From NCBI GenBank assembly GCA_900557645.1, contig USSZ01000002.1, forward strand, positions 1 through 45,123: a stretch of 45,123 nucleotides of DNA, written 5' to 3'. The translations under genes and the position numbers were made by a program. Each line of letters begins with the position of its first letter. Position 1 is the first letter of the stretch. The notes under the pieces were generated by a model. The model ran no database searches and was not told the origin of the DNA. It was given only the letters and a program-made list of their open reading frames with translations. Positions 16,551 through 26,503 of the stretch are shown here, piece by piece. Source of the DNA: an uncultured Eubacteriales bacterium (GTDB lineage Bacteria > Bacillota > Clostridia > Christensenellales > UBA1242).

Positions 16551-17396
16551 TTAAAACTTTGGAATAAAATTTTCGTTTGCACTTGAAAAATCTTGTATAT
16601 AACCACTATTTAATCCTAAATTTAATGCATGATTTACAACTGCTTTATATTCAAGAGGATAAATTTTTCGGTTTAATTCACCTTCATTTTTTATCGGGGT
16701 AAATTGAGACATAAGACTTATTTCTGGTTCTTTAATATTTTCTTTTATATAATCAAGAATTTTAAAACTATCTTTAACCAAACCTGGCAAAACTAAATGT
16801 CTTATTAAAACTCCTTGTTGCATTACACCATCGCAAAAAATATTTTTAGGTTTCATTTCTCTCATCTTTGAAATAGCCTTTGAAGCCACTATAAAATAAT
16901 CTTTCGCAAATGATAATTTATATGAACTTTCTTGTGAAAAATATTTAAAATCTGGTAAAAATACATCAACCACTTCACTTAATCTTTCAATAATTTCAAC
17001 CTTTTCATAGGCACTGCTATTCCAAACAATTGGGATTGGACAATTAAAACCTTTCAAACTTTCGATTATCTTACTTGAAAAATGAGTTGGAGTAATTAAA
17101 TCTATACTAGAAAAATTATTCATATCGTAACTTTCTAAAAGTCTTCTAAAATCTATTATAGAATATGATTTTCCATTGCCTATATGTGAAATATCAAAAT
17201 TTTGACAAAACTGACATCTTAAATTACAACCAGAAAAAAATATGGCAAGAGCACCTTTCTTTCCACTTATACAAGGTTCTTCCCATTTAAAATTTTCAAT
17301 AATTTTTGCAATTCTTATATCTTCTTGCTCTCGACAAAAACCTAAATTTTGTTTTCTATCTACGTCACAATTTCTAGGACAATCAAAACATAACAT
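16551..17396 (-). CDS. PflX-type radical SAM protein (homologue of pyruvate formate-lyase activase)
   Basis: CPRNCDVDR..GFC, WEEPCISG, FFSGCNLRCQFCQNFDIS (CX3CX2C). Confidence 0.85.
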   Translation of the reverse strand: MLCFDCPRNCDVDRKQNLGFCREQEDIRIAKIIENFKWEEPCISGKKGALAIFFSGCNLRCQFCQNFDISHIGNGKSYSIIDFRRLLESYDMNNFSSIDLITPTHFSSKIIESLKGFNCPIPIVWNSSAYEKVEIIERLSEVVDVFLPDFKYFSQESSYKLSFAKDYFIVASKAISKMREMKPKNIFCDGVMQQGVLIRHLVLPGLVKDSFKILDYIKENIKEPEISLMSQFTPIKNEGELNRKIYPLEYKAVVNHALNLGLNSGYIQDFSSANENFIPKF

Positions 17397-17441
17397 ATTT
17401 TTATTATACTTTTAATTACTATAAAAAGCAAGAAAAAATAA

Positions 17442-17460
17442 AAGACCTTAAAGGTCTTTT
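17442..17460 (-). terminator. Intrinsic terminator after the Smr-like gene
   Basis: Stem aaagacct / aggtcttt. The minus strand reads the hairpin followed by TTTTATTTTTTCTT. Confidence 0.55.
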
Positions 17461-17477
17461 TAAATAATATTACATTC

Positions 17478-17822
17478 TTATTTAGTAAGTTGAATTATTG
17501 TTATTCCTGGATTTGCTTTATTCATATCTTCATCATTATAAATAGATTTATCAAGTAATAAAATTTTTTGTGTATCCTTATCAAATAAGTTCCACTTATC
17601 ACCACCAAAAAAGTCAATAATAAAACCCCTACGCTTCCATAAATTTAGTTGTTTTCGTAATTCAACGGCAATTGTTCCACCTCTTCCATGTGAGCCATAT
17701 CCATGTAGTATTTTCATGCAAACATATCCTTCTTTCTTTGCTCCTTCAATTTCTATTTCTACGATTGCCATTGCATATTCAACAGAATAGTTACTCTCTT
17801 TTAAATTGATAAACTTTAACAA
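17478..17822 (-). CDS. Smr-domain-like small protein
   Basis: KILHGYGSHGRGGTI...LRKQLNLW...NPGITIIQL resembles the Smr hGkG core. TTG start with GGAGG 10 nt upstream. Confidence 0.5.
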   Translation of the reverse strand: MLKFINLKESNYSVEYAMAIVEIEIEGAKKEGYVCMKILHGYGSHGRGGTIAVELRKQLNLWKRRGFIIDFFGGDKWNLFDKDTQKILLLDKSIYNDEDMNKANPGITIIQLTK

Positions 17823-17925
17823 CTTTTATTCGCCTCCAACTTCTTTTCAGATTAAAGTTTATCATAAATTTCAAATTATAGAAAAGGATTTTTATTTTTT
17901 ATTAAAATAAATTTAAAATTATAAT

Positions 17926-18669
17926 TTAACCTTCCATTAACATTTTATCAGCAATTAAAGCAATTAATTCTCCATTTGTTGGTTTTTCATTGCTACTATA
18001 AATTTTAAGTCCAAACAAAGAATTTATATTTTCAATCTTGCCACGATTCCAAGCAACTTCAATAGCATGACGCATTCCTCTTTCAACTTTTGAAGAACTA
18101 GTTTCAAATTTTTCTGCAATTGTTGGATATAGTTTTTTTGTAATAGAGCCAATAATCTCTGGTTCTTCTACTGCGAGTTTAACTGCTTCTCTTAAAAATT
18201 GATAACCTTTAATGTGGGCAGGAATTCCTATACTTATAAATATATTGGAAATTTTCTCATCTAATTGTTTTTCATTTTTACTTTCCACTTCGCCACTATT
18301 TTCTAATAAATCTTTTAATCGTTCTTCAAGATTTGATGGGATTATAGGTTTAACCATAAAATAACTTGCACCTTCTTTAATTGCTTTTGAAATAAAACCA
18401 CTATGAGAAAGATTTGAGATAAATATAATTTTGGGCATTTCGCTCATTTGTTTTTTCAAATTCTCTAAAACCATAAAGCCATCCATTCCTGACAACATAA
18501 CTTCCATTATTAGAAAATCTGGTTTTAATGACAATACTTCTTTGACCACTTCTTGACCATTTTGTGAACTTCCAACAACTTCATATTCTTCCTTGTTTGA
18601 AAAATATTTTAATAATTCATCATTCTCTGTGTCTGCTATAAATAATTTTGTCTTTTTACTGTTTTCCAT
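17926..18669 (-). CDS. spo0A: Sporulation master regulator Spo0A (atypical receiver domain)
   Basis: Receiver domain plus Spo0A_C signature: IPAHIKGYQFLREAVKLAV, ITKKLYPTIAEKFETSSSKVERGMRHAIEVAW, KPTNGELIALIADKM. The ATG at 18669 has GGAG 8 nt upstream. Confidence 0.9.
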   Translation of the reverse strand: MENSKKTKLFIADTENDELLKYFSNKEEYEVVGSSQNGQEVVKEVLSLKPDFLIMEVMLSGMDGFMVLENLKKQMSEMPKIIFISNLSHSGFISKAIKEGASYFMVKPIIPSNLEERLKDLLENSGEVESKNEKQLDEKISNIFISIGIPAHIKGYQFLREAVKLAVEEPEIIGSITKKLYPTIAEKFETSSSKVERGMRHAIEVAWNRGKIENINSLFGLKIYSSNEKPTNGELIALIADKMLMEG

Positions 18670-19034
18670 GAATCTATCTCCTTTTATCCTTTTTGCTTCT
18701 TCGGACACTTTAAAGATAGCACTTTTTTAATACAAAATAAAATATTCATAGCATCAAACAACGGCGACTAATGTCTTATCTTGTCGTATTTTGTTGTAAT
18801 TTGTTATATCGCAATTTTGTAAACAAAAAACAGATAATTTTGAAGGTTTATATTATTAATTGTCATATTTTGAATAACAAAATAAAAAAATATTTAATTA
18901 TGAAAATAAAAGTTTTTATAAAATATTTTTAATAAACATTTTGTCTAAAATTAGCAAATTTAACAACTTCTTATAAATAAAAAAAAGAGAAATCTAATTT
19001 CTCTTTTTTATTTAATTTTTAAATTACCTTTTCT

Positions 19035-20438
19035 TTATTTTGATTTTGGTTTTGTTTGTCCAACTAATTGATAATTTCCTTGTTTATCAGTTCTATACAT
19101 ATAGTAATTTGTATCAACCTCTTCTTCCTCATCTTCATCTGTATTTTCGTCATCTTCAATTTCTTCAAGTTGTGCGTAGAAATAAATGTAATCTCCTGTA
19201 TAACCACATTGTCCTGAAATAATACTTGTCATTGTAACAATTGTTTCAACTTCTGAATTTGGATTTTGAATTTTATTTATAATATTTATTCTTCCAATAG
19301 ATGTATCATTTGAAAAATAAACATAATCTCCATCAATAAACAAAAGATCAGAATAATCTTCAGAAGTTAATAATGCAATTGGGTCAAAAGATGTGTCTAG
19401 CGTTTTATACATAACTGAACTGCTTGTTGTAGAAACAAAAACATATCCTTTTCCTGCTGCTTGAATATTTGAAATAGATGTTGCATTATAGAATTTATTT
19501 TCTCTTGTTGGGTTGAAATATTTATCACTGTTGACAATATCTTTATAATAAACCTCAGAAATTCCATTCAAGGTATAAGAATAGAAAACAATATCACCAA
19601 CTCTTCCTACAAAACTTATAGTTGAACCTACAACACCTGGATCTAAATCTGTAATCTCTCCTGTTGCAAAATCAACAGATTTTACACAATCAGTGGCAAT
19701 TTCTGTATTTTCAGATGTAACTGAATAAATTACATTTCTTTGAGTTGAATTTTCATCACAAATAGCAACAGATTTTACATCTTCTGCAAGTGTAACTGTT
19801 TCACCTATATTATCTCCAATTTTAATAGAATAAAGATTATACTTGCCTTCTTCTGAAGTTGGGGCATAAATTACATAATAATAATTACCATCACTACCCT
19901 TGACAACTTTTCTTATAGAGTTTTCATCATTTCTAAATGTTCCAAATTCTTGGAAACCATCTCCATTGAATTTTACTCTAAATAAAGAAACTTGAGAATA
20001 ATCATTTTCTAGGTTTGAAGTTTTATGAGTATTTGCAGATGTAAAATAAATATAATTTCCTAAAGCAAACATATCTTGATTTTGATAACCTATAAGTTTA
20101 TCATTTACTTTTTCAATACCAAGAGGGCTTGTATTAGTTTTAGCAGACTCCGCTGTATCCTCATCATAATTAAATGGATTTGAAACATTCAATCTTGACA
20201 AATATCCAGTTTGTGAAGCCAATGAGTAATCAAAATCTTCACCACTAGCATCAGTATAACCATTTCCATAATAAATGTAATCGCCAACTTGAACGATTTG
20301 TCCTTGATAATATTTAACATCATCATAATAAATAGAACTTCCATCTTTATTGTAAACATCACTTACAGTTGCACAGCCTGTCAAAAAGAAGGCTACACAA
20401 AATAAAACAGATAAAAACTTAAGTATATTTTTTTTCAT
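19035..20438 (-). CDS. Lipoprotein with DUF5050-like beta-propeller repeats and an acidic insert
   Basis: Signal peptide with lipobox FFLTGC. Recurring GDYIYY / GNYIYF / GDIVFY / GDYVYF / GDYIYFY blades. DDENTDEDEEEE tract. Confidence 0.75.
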   Translation of the reverse strand: MKKNILKFLSVLFCVAFFLTGCATVSDVYNKDGSSIYYDDVKYYQGQIVQVGDYIYYGNGYTDASGEDFDYSLASQTGYLSRLNVSNPFNYDEDTAESAKTNTSPLGIEKVNDKLIGYQNQDMFALGNYIYFTSANTHKTSNLENDYSQVSLFRVKFNGDGFQEFGTFRNDENSIRKVVKGSDGNYYYVIYAPTSEEGKYNLYSIKIGDNIGETVTLAEDVKSVAICDENSTQRNVIYSVTSENTEIATDCVKSVDFATGEITDLDPGVVGSTISFVGRVGDIVFYSYTLNGISEVYYKDIVNSDKYFNPTRENKFYNATSISNIQAAGKGYVFVSTTSSSVMYKTLDTSFDPIALLTSEDYSDLLFIDGDYVYFSNDTSIGRINIINKIQNPNSEVETIVTMTSIISGQCGYTGDYIYFYAQLEEIEDDENTDEDEEEEVDTNYYMYRTDKQGNYQLVGQTKPKSK

Positions 20439-20577
20439 TGTTACCTCAAATTAATTTTCTTTAAAATTTTACAACATATATAAATATTTGTCAATTAAAT
20501 AAAATAACAAATAACATAAACAATCATGTTTAGTGTTTTTAAATTATATAACTAATTATAAACAATTTTTTTAATGA

Positions 20578-21279
20578 TTAAACTTCATCAATAAATATTA
20601 AATTATTATTTACTACATCACATGAAGTCAAATAATATTCGATATTGTTTTTTGTAAAGAAAGTTTCAATATTTTTTAAACCATGTAGATGTCCATAAAT
20701 CACCTTATCTACTCGATATTTTTCAAGCAATAAAGAAAATTGACTATCTTCTTTTAATGCATTCATAGGAGGATAATGCAACATACAAAAAATTTTTTCA
20801 TCTTTTTCTTTAAGTTTTATGGCAGCCTGCAATGACATTTCAAGTCTTAAGATTTCTCTATCAAAAATTTTCTTATCTTCGGGTGTTCTTTCTGAATTAC
20901 TATCCAAAACCTGCCAACCTCTTGTTCCACAAATTATGACATTTCCAAACTTAATTGCATCATTTTGAATTGCATAAAAGTTTTCTGGCAATATATTTCT
21001 GACATTTGATATCGATTTCCACCAATAATCATGATTACCTCTTATAATAACTTTTTTGCCAGGCAAGTCTTTTAACAATTTAAAATCGTCAACTGAATCT
21101 TCAAGTTTCATTGCCCAAGAAAAATCTCCAGAAAGTAAAACTAAATCATCATCTTTAACATTATCTTTCCACTGCGAAAATATTTTATCTAAATATCCGT
21201 CCCAAACTGGTCCAAAAATATCCATAGGTTTTGGATTATTAACTGATAAGTGAAGATCGCTTATTGCAAATATTTTCAT
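20578..21279 (-). CDS. Calcineurin-like metallophosphoesterase
   Basis: MKIFAISDLHL, GDFSW, RGNHDYW, YGHLHG motifs. Confidence 0.85.
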   Translation of the reverse strand: MKIFAISDLHLSVNNPKPMDIFGPVWDGYLDKIFSQWKDNVKDDDLVLLSGDFSWAMKLEDSVDDFKLLKDLPGKKVIIRGNHDYWWKSISNVRNILPENFYAIQNDAIKFGNVIICGTRGWQVLDSNSERTPEDKKIFDREILRLEMSLQAAIKLKEKDEKIFCMLHYPPMNALKEDSQFSLLLEKYRVDKVIYGHLHGLKNIETFFTKNNIEYYLTSCDVVNNNLIFIDEV

Positions 21280-21280
21280 A

Positions 21281-21703
21281 TTATAAACTCTTTAAAACCT
21301 CTTGAACATTTCTCATATCACATTTGCCATTATAATTTTGTTTGAAATATTTCATAACAAAAGGAATAGATTTGTCAGGAAGTGATAAAATAATCTCTTT
21401 AATTTCATCATTTTCAAGCATCTTTGGTAAATATTTTTTTGCTATTTCAATTTGCATAGAAATATTTTCTACTTCTTCAGTATTTCCAACTTTATTATAA
21501 TTTTCTTTTTCTTCTTCAAGTTCTTTTATAGTTTTTTGCAAAATATTTGATATATCAGCATCATCAACTTCTCCACCTTTTTCTCTCTTTTTAATATTTT
21601 CAAGCATTATTTTATTTAATAAAACACTATAAAAACTTCTAGCAACAGAATCCTTATCTTTCATTGCTTGAACATTTGCTTTTTTTATTTCATCGTATAA
21701 CAT
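21281..21703 (-). CDS. yqeY: GatB/YqeY-domain protein
   Basis: 140-aa ORF with an N-terminus typical of YqeY (L.DEIKKA...AMKDKD..R) and a C-terminal KYF..NY.GK.D pattern. Confidence 0.8.
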   Translation of the reverse strand: MLYDEIKKANVQAMKDKDSVARSFYSVLLNKIMLENIKKREKGGEVDDADISNILQKTIKELEEEKENYNKVGNTEEVENISMQIEIAKKYLPKMLENDEIKEIILSLPDKSIPFVMKYFKQNYNGKCDMRNVQEVLKSL

Positions 21704-21811
21704 AATTTTCTCCTTATGTGTTAATTATATTTCTTTTTACTTAAATTTCAAAATAATTTATTGTTTTAATTTAACTTAAATGTATATTTTTTAATTTATT
21801 AATTTTTTTTC

Positions 21812-21840
21812 TTGACAAAATAATATTAATTTATTATAAT
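21812..21840 (+). promoter_or_regulatory. Consensus sigma-A promoter for tRNA-Met
   Basis: TTGACA (21812-21817), a 17-nt spacer, TATAAT (21835-21840), 13 nt before the tRNA 5' end. Confidence 0.7.
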
Positions 21841-21853
21841 TTAGAAGTATTAT

Positions 21854-21930
21854 GGCAGCATAGCTCAGCTGGCTAGAGCGCACGATTCATACTCGTGAGG
21901 TCACTGGTTCGATCCCAGTTGCTGCTACCA
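21854..21930 (+). tRNA. tRNA-Met (anticodon CAT, elongator-like; a lysidine-modified Ile2 tRNA is not excluded)
   Basis: Cloverleaf: acceptor GGCAGCA/TGCTGCT, D-arm GCTC-AGCTGGCTA-GAGC, anticodon arm CACGA-TTCATAC-TCGTG, T-arm ACTGG-TTCGATC-CCAGT, encoded CCA. Confidence 0.9.
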
Positions 21931-21937
21931 TCAATTT

Positions 21938-21965
21938 AGACTTAACACAGGTTAAGTCTTTTTTA
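21938..21965 (+). terminator. Intrinsic terminator after tRNA-Met
   Basis: Stem agacttaac / gttaagtct with loop acag, followed by a T-run. Confidence 0.7.
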
Positions 21966-22112
21966 TTTGTAAATTATACTTATATTTGCTATAATTTAGA
22001 TTAATTGAAACAAAATCAAATGTAATGAAATCACATTTGAACAAAATTAAGATTTATTTTAATTATAGTTGTGAGAGAATCACATAAACTCAACATAATA
22101 GGAGAATTAATT

Positions 22113-22385
22113 ATGATACATTCAATGGCTGGGGGTGAATTAAAATTTAATCAACATTTTGACTTTGCAAAAGTTGAAATTATTGAAGGAGAAGATATTG
22201 GACTGATTTTTTGGTTTATATCTCCTTTTTCTAATCTGCAAATAGGAAACAAAGTTTTAGTTCCACTAGGCAAAAACAATAAAGAAGTAAAGGCTAAAGT
22301 TTTAAGAATAGATAAAAATATTTCTGAACAATCTTCACCCTTCCCAATAAAGAGAATGAAAACAATAATATCCATTATAAATTAA
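22113..22385 (+). CDS. Hypothetical protein (90 aa)
   Basis: The ATG at 22113 is preceded by TAGGAG. A bidirectional hairpin (22387-22414) follows. Confidence 0.5.
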   Translation: MIHSMAGGELKFNQHFDFAKVEIIEGEDIGLIFWFISPFSNLQIGNKVLVPLGKNNKEVKAKVLRIDKNISEQSSPFPIKRMKTIISIIN

Positions 22386-22410
22386 AATAGAACAGCATGG
22401 GACAACTGTT

Positions 22411-23127
22411 CTATTTTTTTAACAATTCTTTTTCAAGTTCTTTGCACTTGTTTTCATCCATATCAGGGACATTTTCAAGTCTATATTTAATTTTTAAATC
22501 TTTATACTTATGAACACCAATAGTTTTATATGGTAACAATTCAACTTTTTCAACATTTTTTAACTTTGATATAAAATCTTTTAATTCTTTTATATTTTCT
22601 ATAGTATCATTAATTTTAGGAACTATAACCTGTCTTAACCATAATCTTTTATTTAATCTTTGACAATCTTCAAGAAACTTTTTAAATCTATTCATTGGTT
22701 GTCCTGTAATAAATTTATAATCATCTTCTTTTACTGCCTTAATATCCAAAATTACAAGATCCGTTAAGTTTAATATTTCTTCATAGTTACCAAAGCCTAC
22801 CCCTGCCGTATCTAATGCAGTGTTTATTCCTTCTTCTTTGCAAAGTTTTAAACACTCCTTTAAAAAATCTGGTTGAAGAAGTGGTTCGCCACCTGAAAAC
22901 GTTACGCCACCTTCTTCTCCATAATAATTTTTATATCTTTTAATTTTTTCAAATAACTCTTCAGGTGATATATAAATGCATTTGCCATCTTCGTCCCAAG
23001 TCTCTGGATTATGACAATATAAACATCTTAATTGACAACCCTGACAAAATACCACATATCTTATTCCTGGCCCATCAACTAAGCCCATGGTTTCAACGCT
23101 ATTAATTCGACCTAATATTTGACTCAC
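22411..23127 (-). CDS. pflA: Pyruvate formate-lyase activating enzyme
   Basis: GRINSVETMGLVDGPGIRYVVFCQGCQLRCLYCHNPETW (radical SAM CX3CX2C) and GGVTFSGGEPLLQ. The GTG at 23127 has AAGGAAA upstream and lies 37 nt after the pflB stop. The track ATG at 23193 would overlap pflB by 29 nt. Confidence 0.9.
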   Translation of the reverse strand: MSQILGRINSVETMGLVDGPGIRYVVFCQGCQLRCLYCHNPETWDEDGKCIYISPEELFEKIKRYKNYYGEEGGVTFSGGEPLLQPDFLKECLKLCKEEGINTALDTAGVGFGNYEEILNLTDLVILDIKAVKEDDYKFITGQPMNRFKKFLEDCQRLNKRLWLRQVIVPKINDTIENIKELKDFISKLKNVEKVELLPYKTIGVHKYKDLKIKYRLENVPDMDENKCKELEKELLKK

Positions 23128-23164
23128 AGAATTTTCCTTTATCTTGTTATAAAAACGAAAATAA

Positions 23165-25429
23165 TTAAATTTTTTCGTGGAATGTTCTTGCAATTACTTC
23201 CTCTTGATGTGCACGAGAAAGTTTATTGAAATTAACAGCGTAACCTGAAACTCTTATCGTAAGAGTTGGATATTTATCTGGATGATCCATCGCATCTATT
23301 AACTTTTCTCTATCAAGAACATTTACATTTATGTGCTGTGCACCTTGAGCAAAATATCCATCAAGAATGCTTACCAAATTTTTAACTCTATCTTTTTCAT
23401 TATGTCCAAGTGCATTTGGAATTATTGAGAATGTATTTGATACACCATCTTGACAACAATCACAATAAGGAATCTTTGCGACCGAATTTAATGATGCGAG
23501 TGCTCCATTACAATCTCTTCCATGCATAGGGTTTGCTCCTGGAGCAAAAGGCTCGCCTGCCTTACGACCATCTGGAGTATTTCCTGTTTTTCTTCCATAC
23601 ATTACATTTGATGTAATTGTCAATGCTGATAGTGTATGTTTTGCATCTCTATAAAGTTTATGTTTCTTTAATGCAGAAATAAAATGTTTAGAAATTTCAA
23701 CTGCAATTTTATCCACTCTGTCATCATCATTACCATATTTAGGGAAATCTCCAACAACTTCAAAATCTGTTGCTATTCCATTTTTATTTCTAATTGGCTT
23801 TACTTTTGCATATTTAATTGCAGAAAGAGAATCTGTTGCAACTGAAAGTCCAGCCATACCAAAAGCCATTAATCTTTCAACTTTTGTATCATGCAGAGCC
23901 ATTTGTCCTGCTTCATAAGCATATTTATCATGCATAAAATGAATTATATTAAGTGCATCAACATATGTCTTTGCAACTTTATCAAGTGTGTCAAAATATG
24001 CTTTTTTAACTTTAGCATAATCAAGAATTTCATCTTCCATTTTAGCAACACCTGAAACAACAATCTCTTCGCTTTTCTCATCTCTGCCTTCATTTATTGA
24101 ATATAATAAAGACTTTGCTAAATTGCATCTAGCCCCAAAATATTGCATTTGTTTCCCAATCTTCATTGCTGAAACACAACAAGCAATGGCATAATCATGC
24201 CCATAAATAGGACTCATAACATCATCACTTTCATATTGAATACTATCCGTTAAAATTGAAATCTTTGCACAAAATTTCTTAAAATTCATTGGAAGTTTTG
24301 TTGACCATAAAACAGTTAAGTTAGGTTCTGGTGATGGGTCAAGATTTATAAGACTATGCAAAAATCTAAACGAATTTTTTGTTACCAAACTTTTCTTATC
24401 GTCAAGCATTCCCCCGATGCTTTCTGTAACCCAAGTAGGATCACCTGCAAATATTTCATCATAATCAGGAGTTCTTAAATGACGAACAAGTCTTAATTTT
24501 ATTGTAAATTGATCTACAAGTTCTTGAGCAAGTTCTTCTGATAAAATTCCATTTTCCATATCTCTTTCAATATAAATATCCAAAAATGTTGAAACTCGTC
24601 CTAAACTCATTGCTGCACCATTATTTTCTTTTACTGATGCAAGATAAGCAAAATATGTCCATTGAAAAGCCTCTTTAGCATTTGTCGCAGGAAGTGATAT
24701 ATCATAGCCATAAGTTTTTGCCATTGCTTTAATTTGGTTTAAAGCCCTGATTTGTTCACTTACTTCTTCTCTCAAACGAATTTTTTCTTCACAATCAATA
24801 TCTAAAAGTTCTTCTGAATTTAAATCTGTTTTCTTTTCTTCAATAAGTCTATCAATACCATACAAAGCAACACGTCTATAATCACCAATAATACGTCCAC
24901 GACCATAAGCATCTGGAAGCCCTGTTATAAGACCTGCATGTCTTGCTTTCTTTATATCTGGAGTATAAGCATCAAAAACCCCGTCATTATGCGTCTTTCT
25001 TATCATTTGGTCAAATATATATTCAGTTTTAGGATCCATTTTTCGACCATAAGCACCAAGTGCACTTTTGACCATTCTAATTCCACCAAAAGGATTTATA
25101 ATTCTTTTTAAAGGCTTATCTGATTGAAGACCAACAATAACTTCATTTCCTTTATCAATATACCCTGCTGGGAAATTGTTTATCCCTGAAATTCTTTTAA
25201 GATCAACATCAAGCAAATGTTTTTTTCTTTCTATTGCCAATAATTTTTCACATTTAGCCCAAACTTTTGCAGTTTTTTTACTTTTTGATACTAAAAAACT
25301 GTCATCACCACGATATTCCTTATAATTGGCATCAATAAAGTCTGAAACATTAATTTCTTTTTTCCATGTTTCACCTTTAAAGCCATTCCATCCAACATAT
25401 TTATCTTTAAAAACTATTTCATCTTTCAT
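23165..25429 (-). CDS. pflB: Formate C-acetyltransferase (pyruvate formate-lyase)
   Basis: Catalytic IACCVSAM Cys pair and glycyl-radical site [11 protein letters not shown]. The ATG at 25429 has GAGGT 7 nt upstream. Confidence 0.95.
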   Translation of the reverse strand: MKDEIVFKDKYVGWNGFKGETWKKEINVSDFIDANYKEYRGDDSFLVSKSKKTAKVWAKCEKLLAIERKKHLLDVDLKRISGINNFPAGYIDKGNEVIVGLQSDKPLKRIINPFGGIRMVKSALGAYGRKMDPKTEYIFDQMIRKTHNDGVFDAYTPDIKKARHAGLITGLPDAYGRGRIIGDYRRVALYGIDRLIEEKKTDLNSEELLDIDCEEKIRLREEVSEQIRALNQIKAMAKTYGYDISLPATNAKEAFQWTYFAYLASVKENNGAAMSLGRVSTFLDIYIERDMENGILSEELAQELVDQFTIKLRLVRHLRTPDYDEIFAGDPTWVTESIGGMLDDKKSLVTKNSFRFLHSLINLDPSPEPNLTVLWSTKLPMNFKKFCAKISILTDSIQYESDDVMSPIYGHDYAIACCVSAMKIGKQMQYFGARCNLAKSLLYSINEGRDEKSEEIVVSGVAKMEDEILDYAKVKKAYFDTLDKVAKTYVDALNIIHFMHDKYAYEAGQMALHDTKVERLMAFGMAGLSVATDSLSAIKYAKVKPIRNKNGIATDFEVVGDFPKYGNDDDRVDKIAVEISKHFISALKKHKLYRDAKHTLSALTITSNVMYGRKTGNTPDGRKAGEPFAPGANPMHGRDCNGALASLNSVAKIPYCDCCQDGVSNTFSIIPNALGHNEKDRVKNLVSILDGYFAQGAQHINVNVLDREKLIDAMDHPDKYPTLTIRVSGYAVNFNKLSRAHQEEVIARTFHEKI

Positions 25430-25527
25430 TTGTAATACCTCGCACATAGAGTATAGCATATCATCATTTTTTTACACAAACCATTTCTATCAATTTTATA
25501 AAAATAAAAGCAAACTTATGTTTGCTC

Positions 25528-26196
25528 TTATTGAAGATGCTCCAATAATTCTTTTTGAGATTTATTCATATCGCTATCACTATTTTCTGTATCTGACTTT
25601 TGTTCAATCACAGAAGGTTTTGGTCCAGCATTATTATCCTTTGAATTTTTTTCATCATCATTATTTTCATCAACGTTTTCAGTAATAATTGTAGTTTCTT
25701 CAATTTCTTGACTATCAAGTTCAACCTCAACTTCTGTTTCAGTTTTTTCTTTTAATCCTGCCAAGAAATCATATACTTCATCAAGTGTCCCATCTAAATC
25801 TAAATAATAGCATCTTCCTTCATACCTTCCATTATTTCCCCTTATAACATTAAATCCATGGCAATCTTTTTGAACATGAATTAATAATTCATCAAAAGGC
25901 ATTTCAGATTTTACTATTGTTTTATCAAATATAAATTTAACCCAAATTCCATGCTTCATATCTTCTATTGTTAAATCATGCAAACTAACACCAAAAGCAG
26001 GCATCTGTCTTGCCTGTGAAATTGCATCACAAAACAACTCATCAAACTTATTTTGTTCTTCTTCAGATAACTCGATAACCTGTCCATCATTATAAACTTC
26101 TATCATACTCACCTCGTTAAACAAGTCTACCATAACATTCGCTTGAGAACAAAATAGAATAGGCACAATCATAAAAAAATACAATAATTTCAACAT
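25528..26196 (-). CDS. Secreted hypothetical protein with an acidic C-terminal tail
   Basis: N-terminal signal peptide MLKLLYFFMIVPILFCSQA. GGAG RBS. Confidence 0.65.
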   Translation of the reverse strand: MLKLLYFFMIVPILFCSQANVMVDLFNEVSMIEVYNDGQVIELSEEEQNKFDELFCDAISQARQMPAFGVSLHDLTIEDMKHGIWVKFIFDKTIVKSEMPFDELLIHVQKDCHGFNVIRGNNGRYEGRCYYLDLDGTLDEVYDFLAGLKEKTETEVEVELDSQEIEETTIITENVDENNDDEKNSKDNNAGPKPSVIEQKSDTENSDSDMNKSQKELLEHLQ

Positions 26197-26450
26197 AAAA
26201 ACTCCTTTTTATGCTAGTTTGTTAAAAAAAATATTGTTTATTCATATTTTTAAATACAAAATTTGACTAATTTTGTCTTCTTATACAAAGTGCTTATTTT
26301 TATTATAAAATTTTGATATATTTTCAACTGTTGAATAACCATAAATTATTATCTCGAGCAAGTTTATAAATTCGCTGACAACTTCTAAAAATATAAATTT
26401 TATTTTATATTACTAACAAGCCTTACTCTTTAAAGATGTTCGACTTTTAT

Positions 26451-26479
26451 TAAAAAAATGTGGATAAAAGTATCCACAT
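26451..26479 (-). terminator. Intrinsic terminator after the AT-hook protein gene
   Basis: Stem atgtggata / tatccacat with loop aaag. T7 follows on the minus strand. Confidence 0.65.
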
Positions 26480-26503
26480 TTTCTTAAATAAGATATTATG
26501 TTA

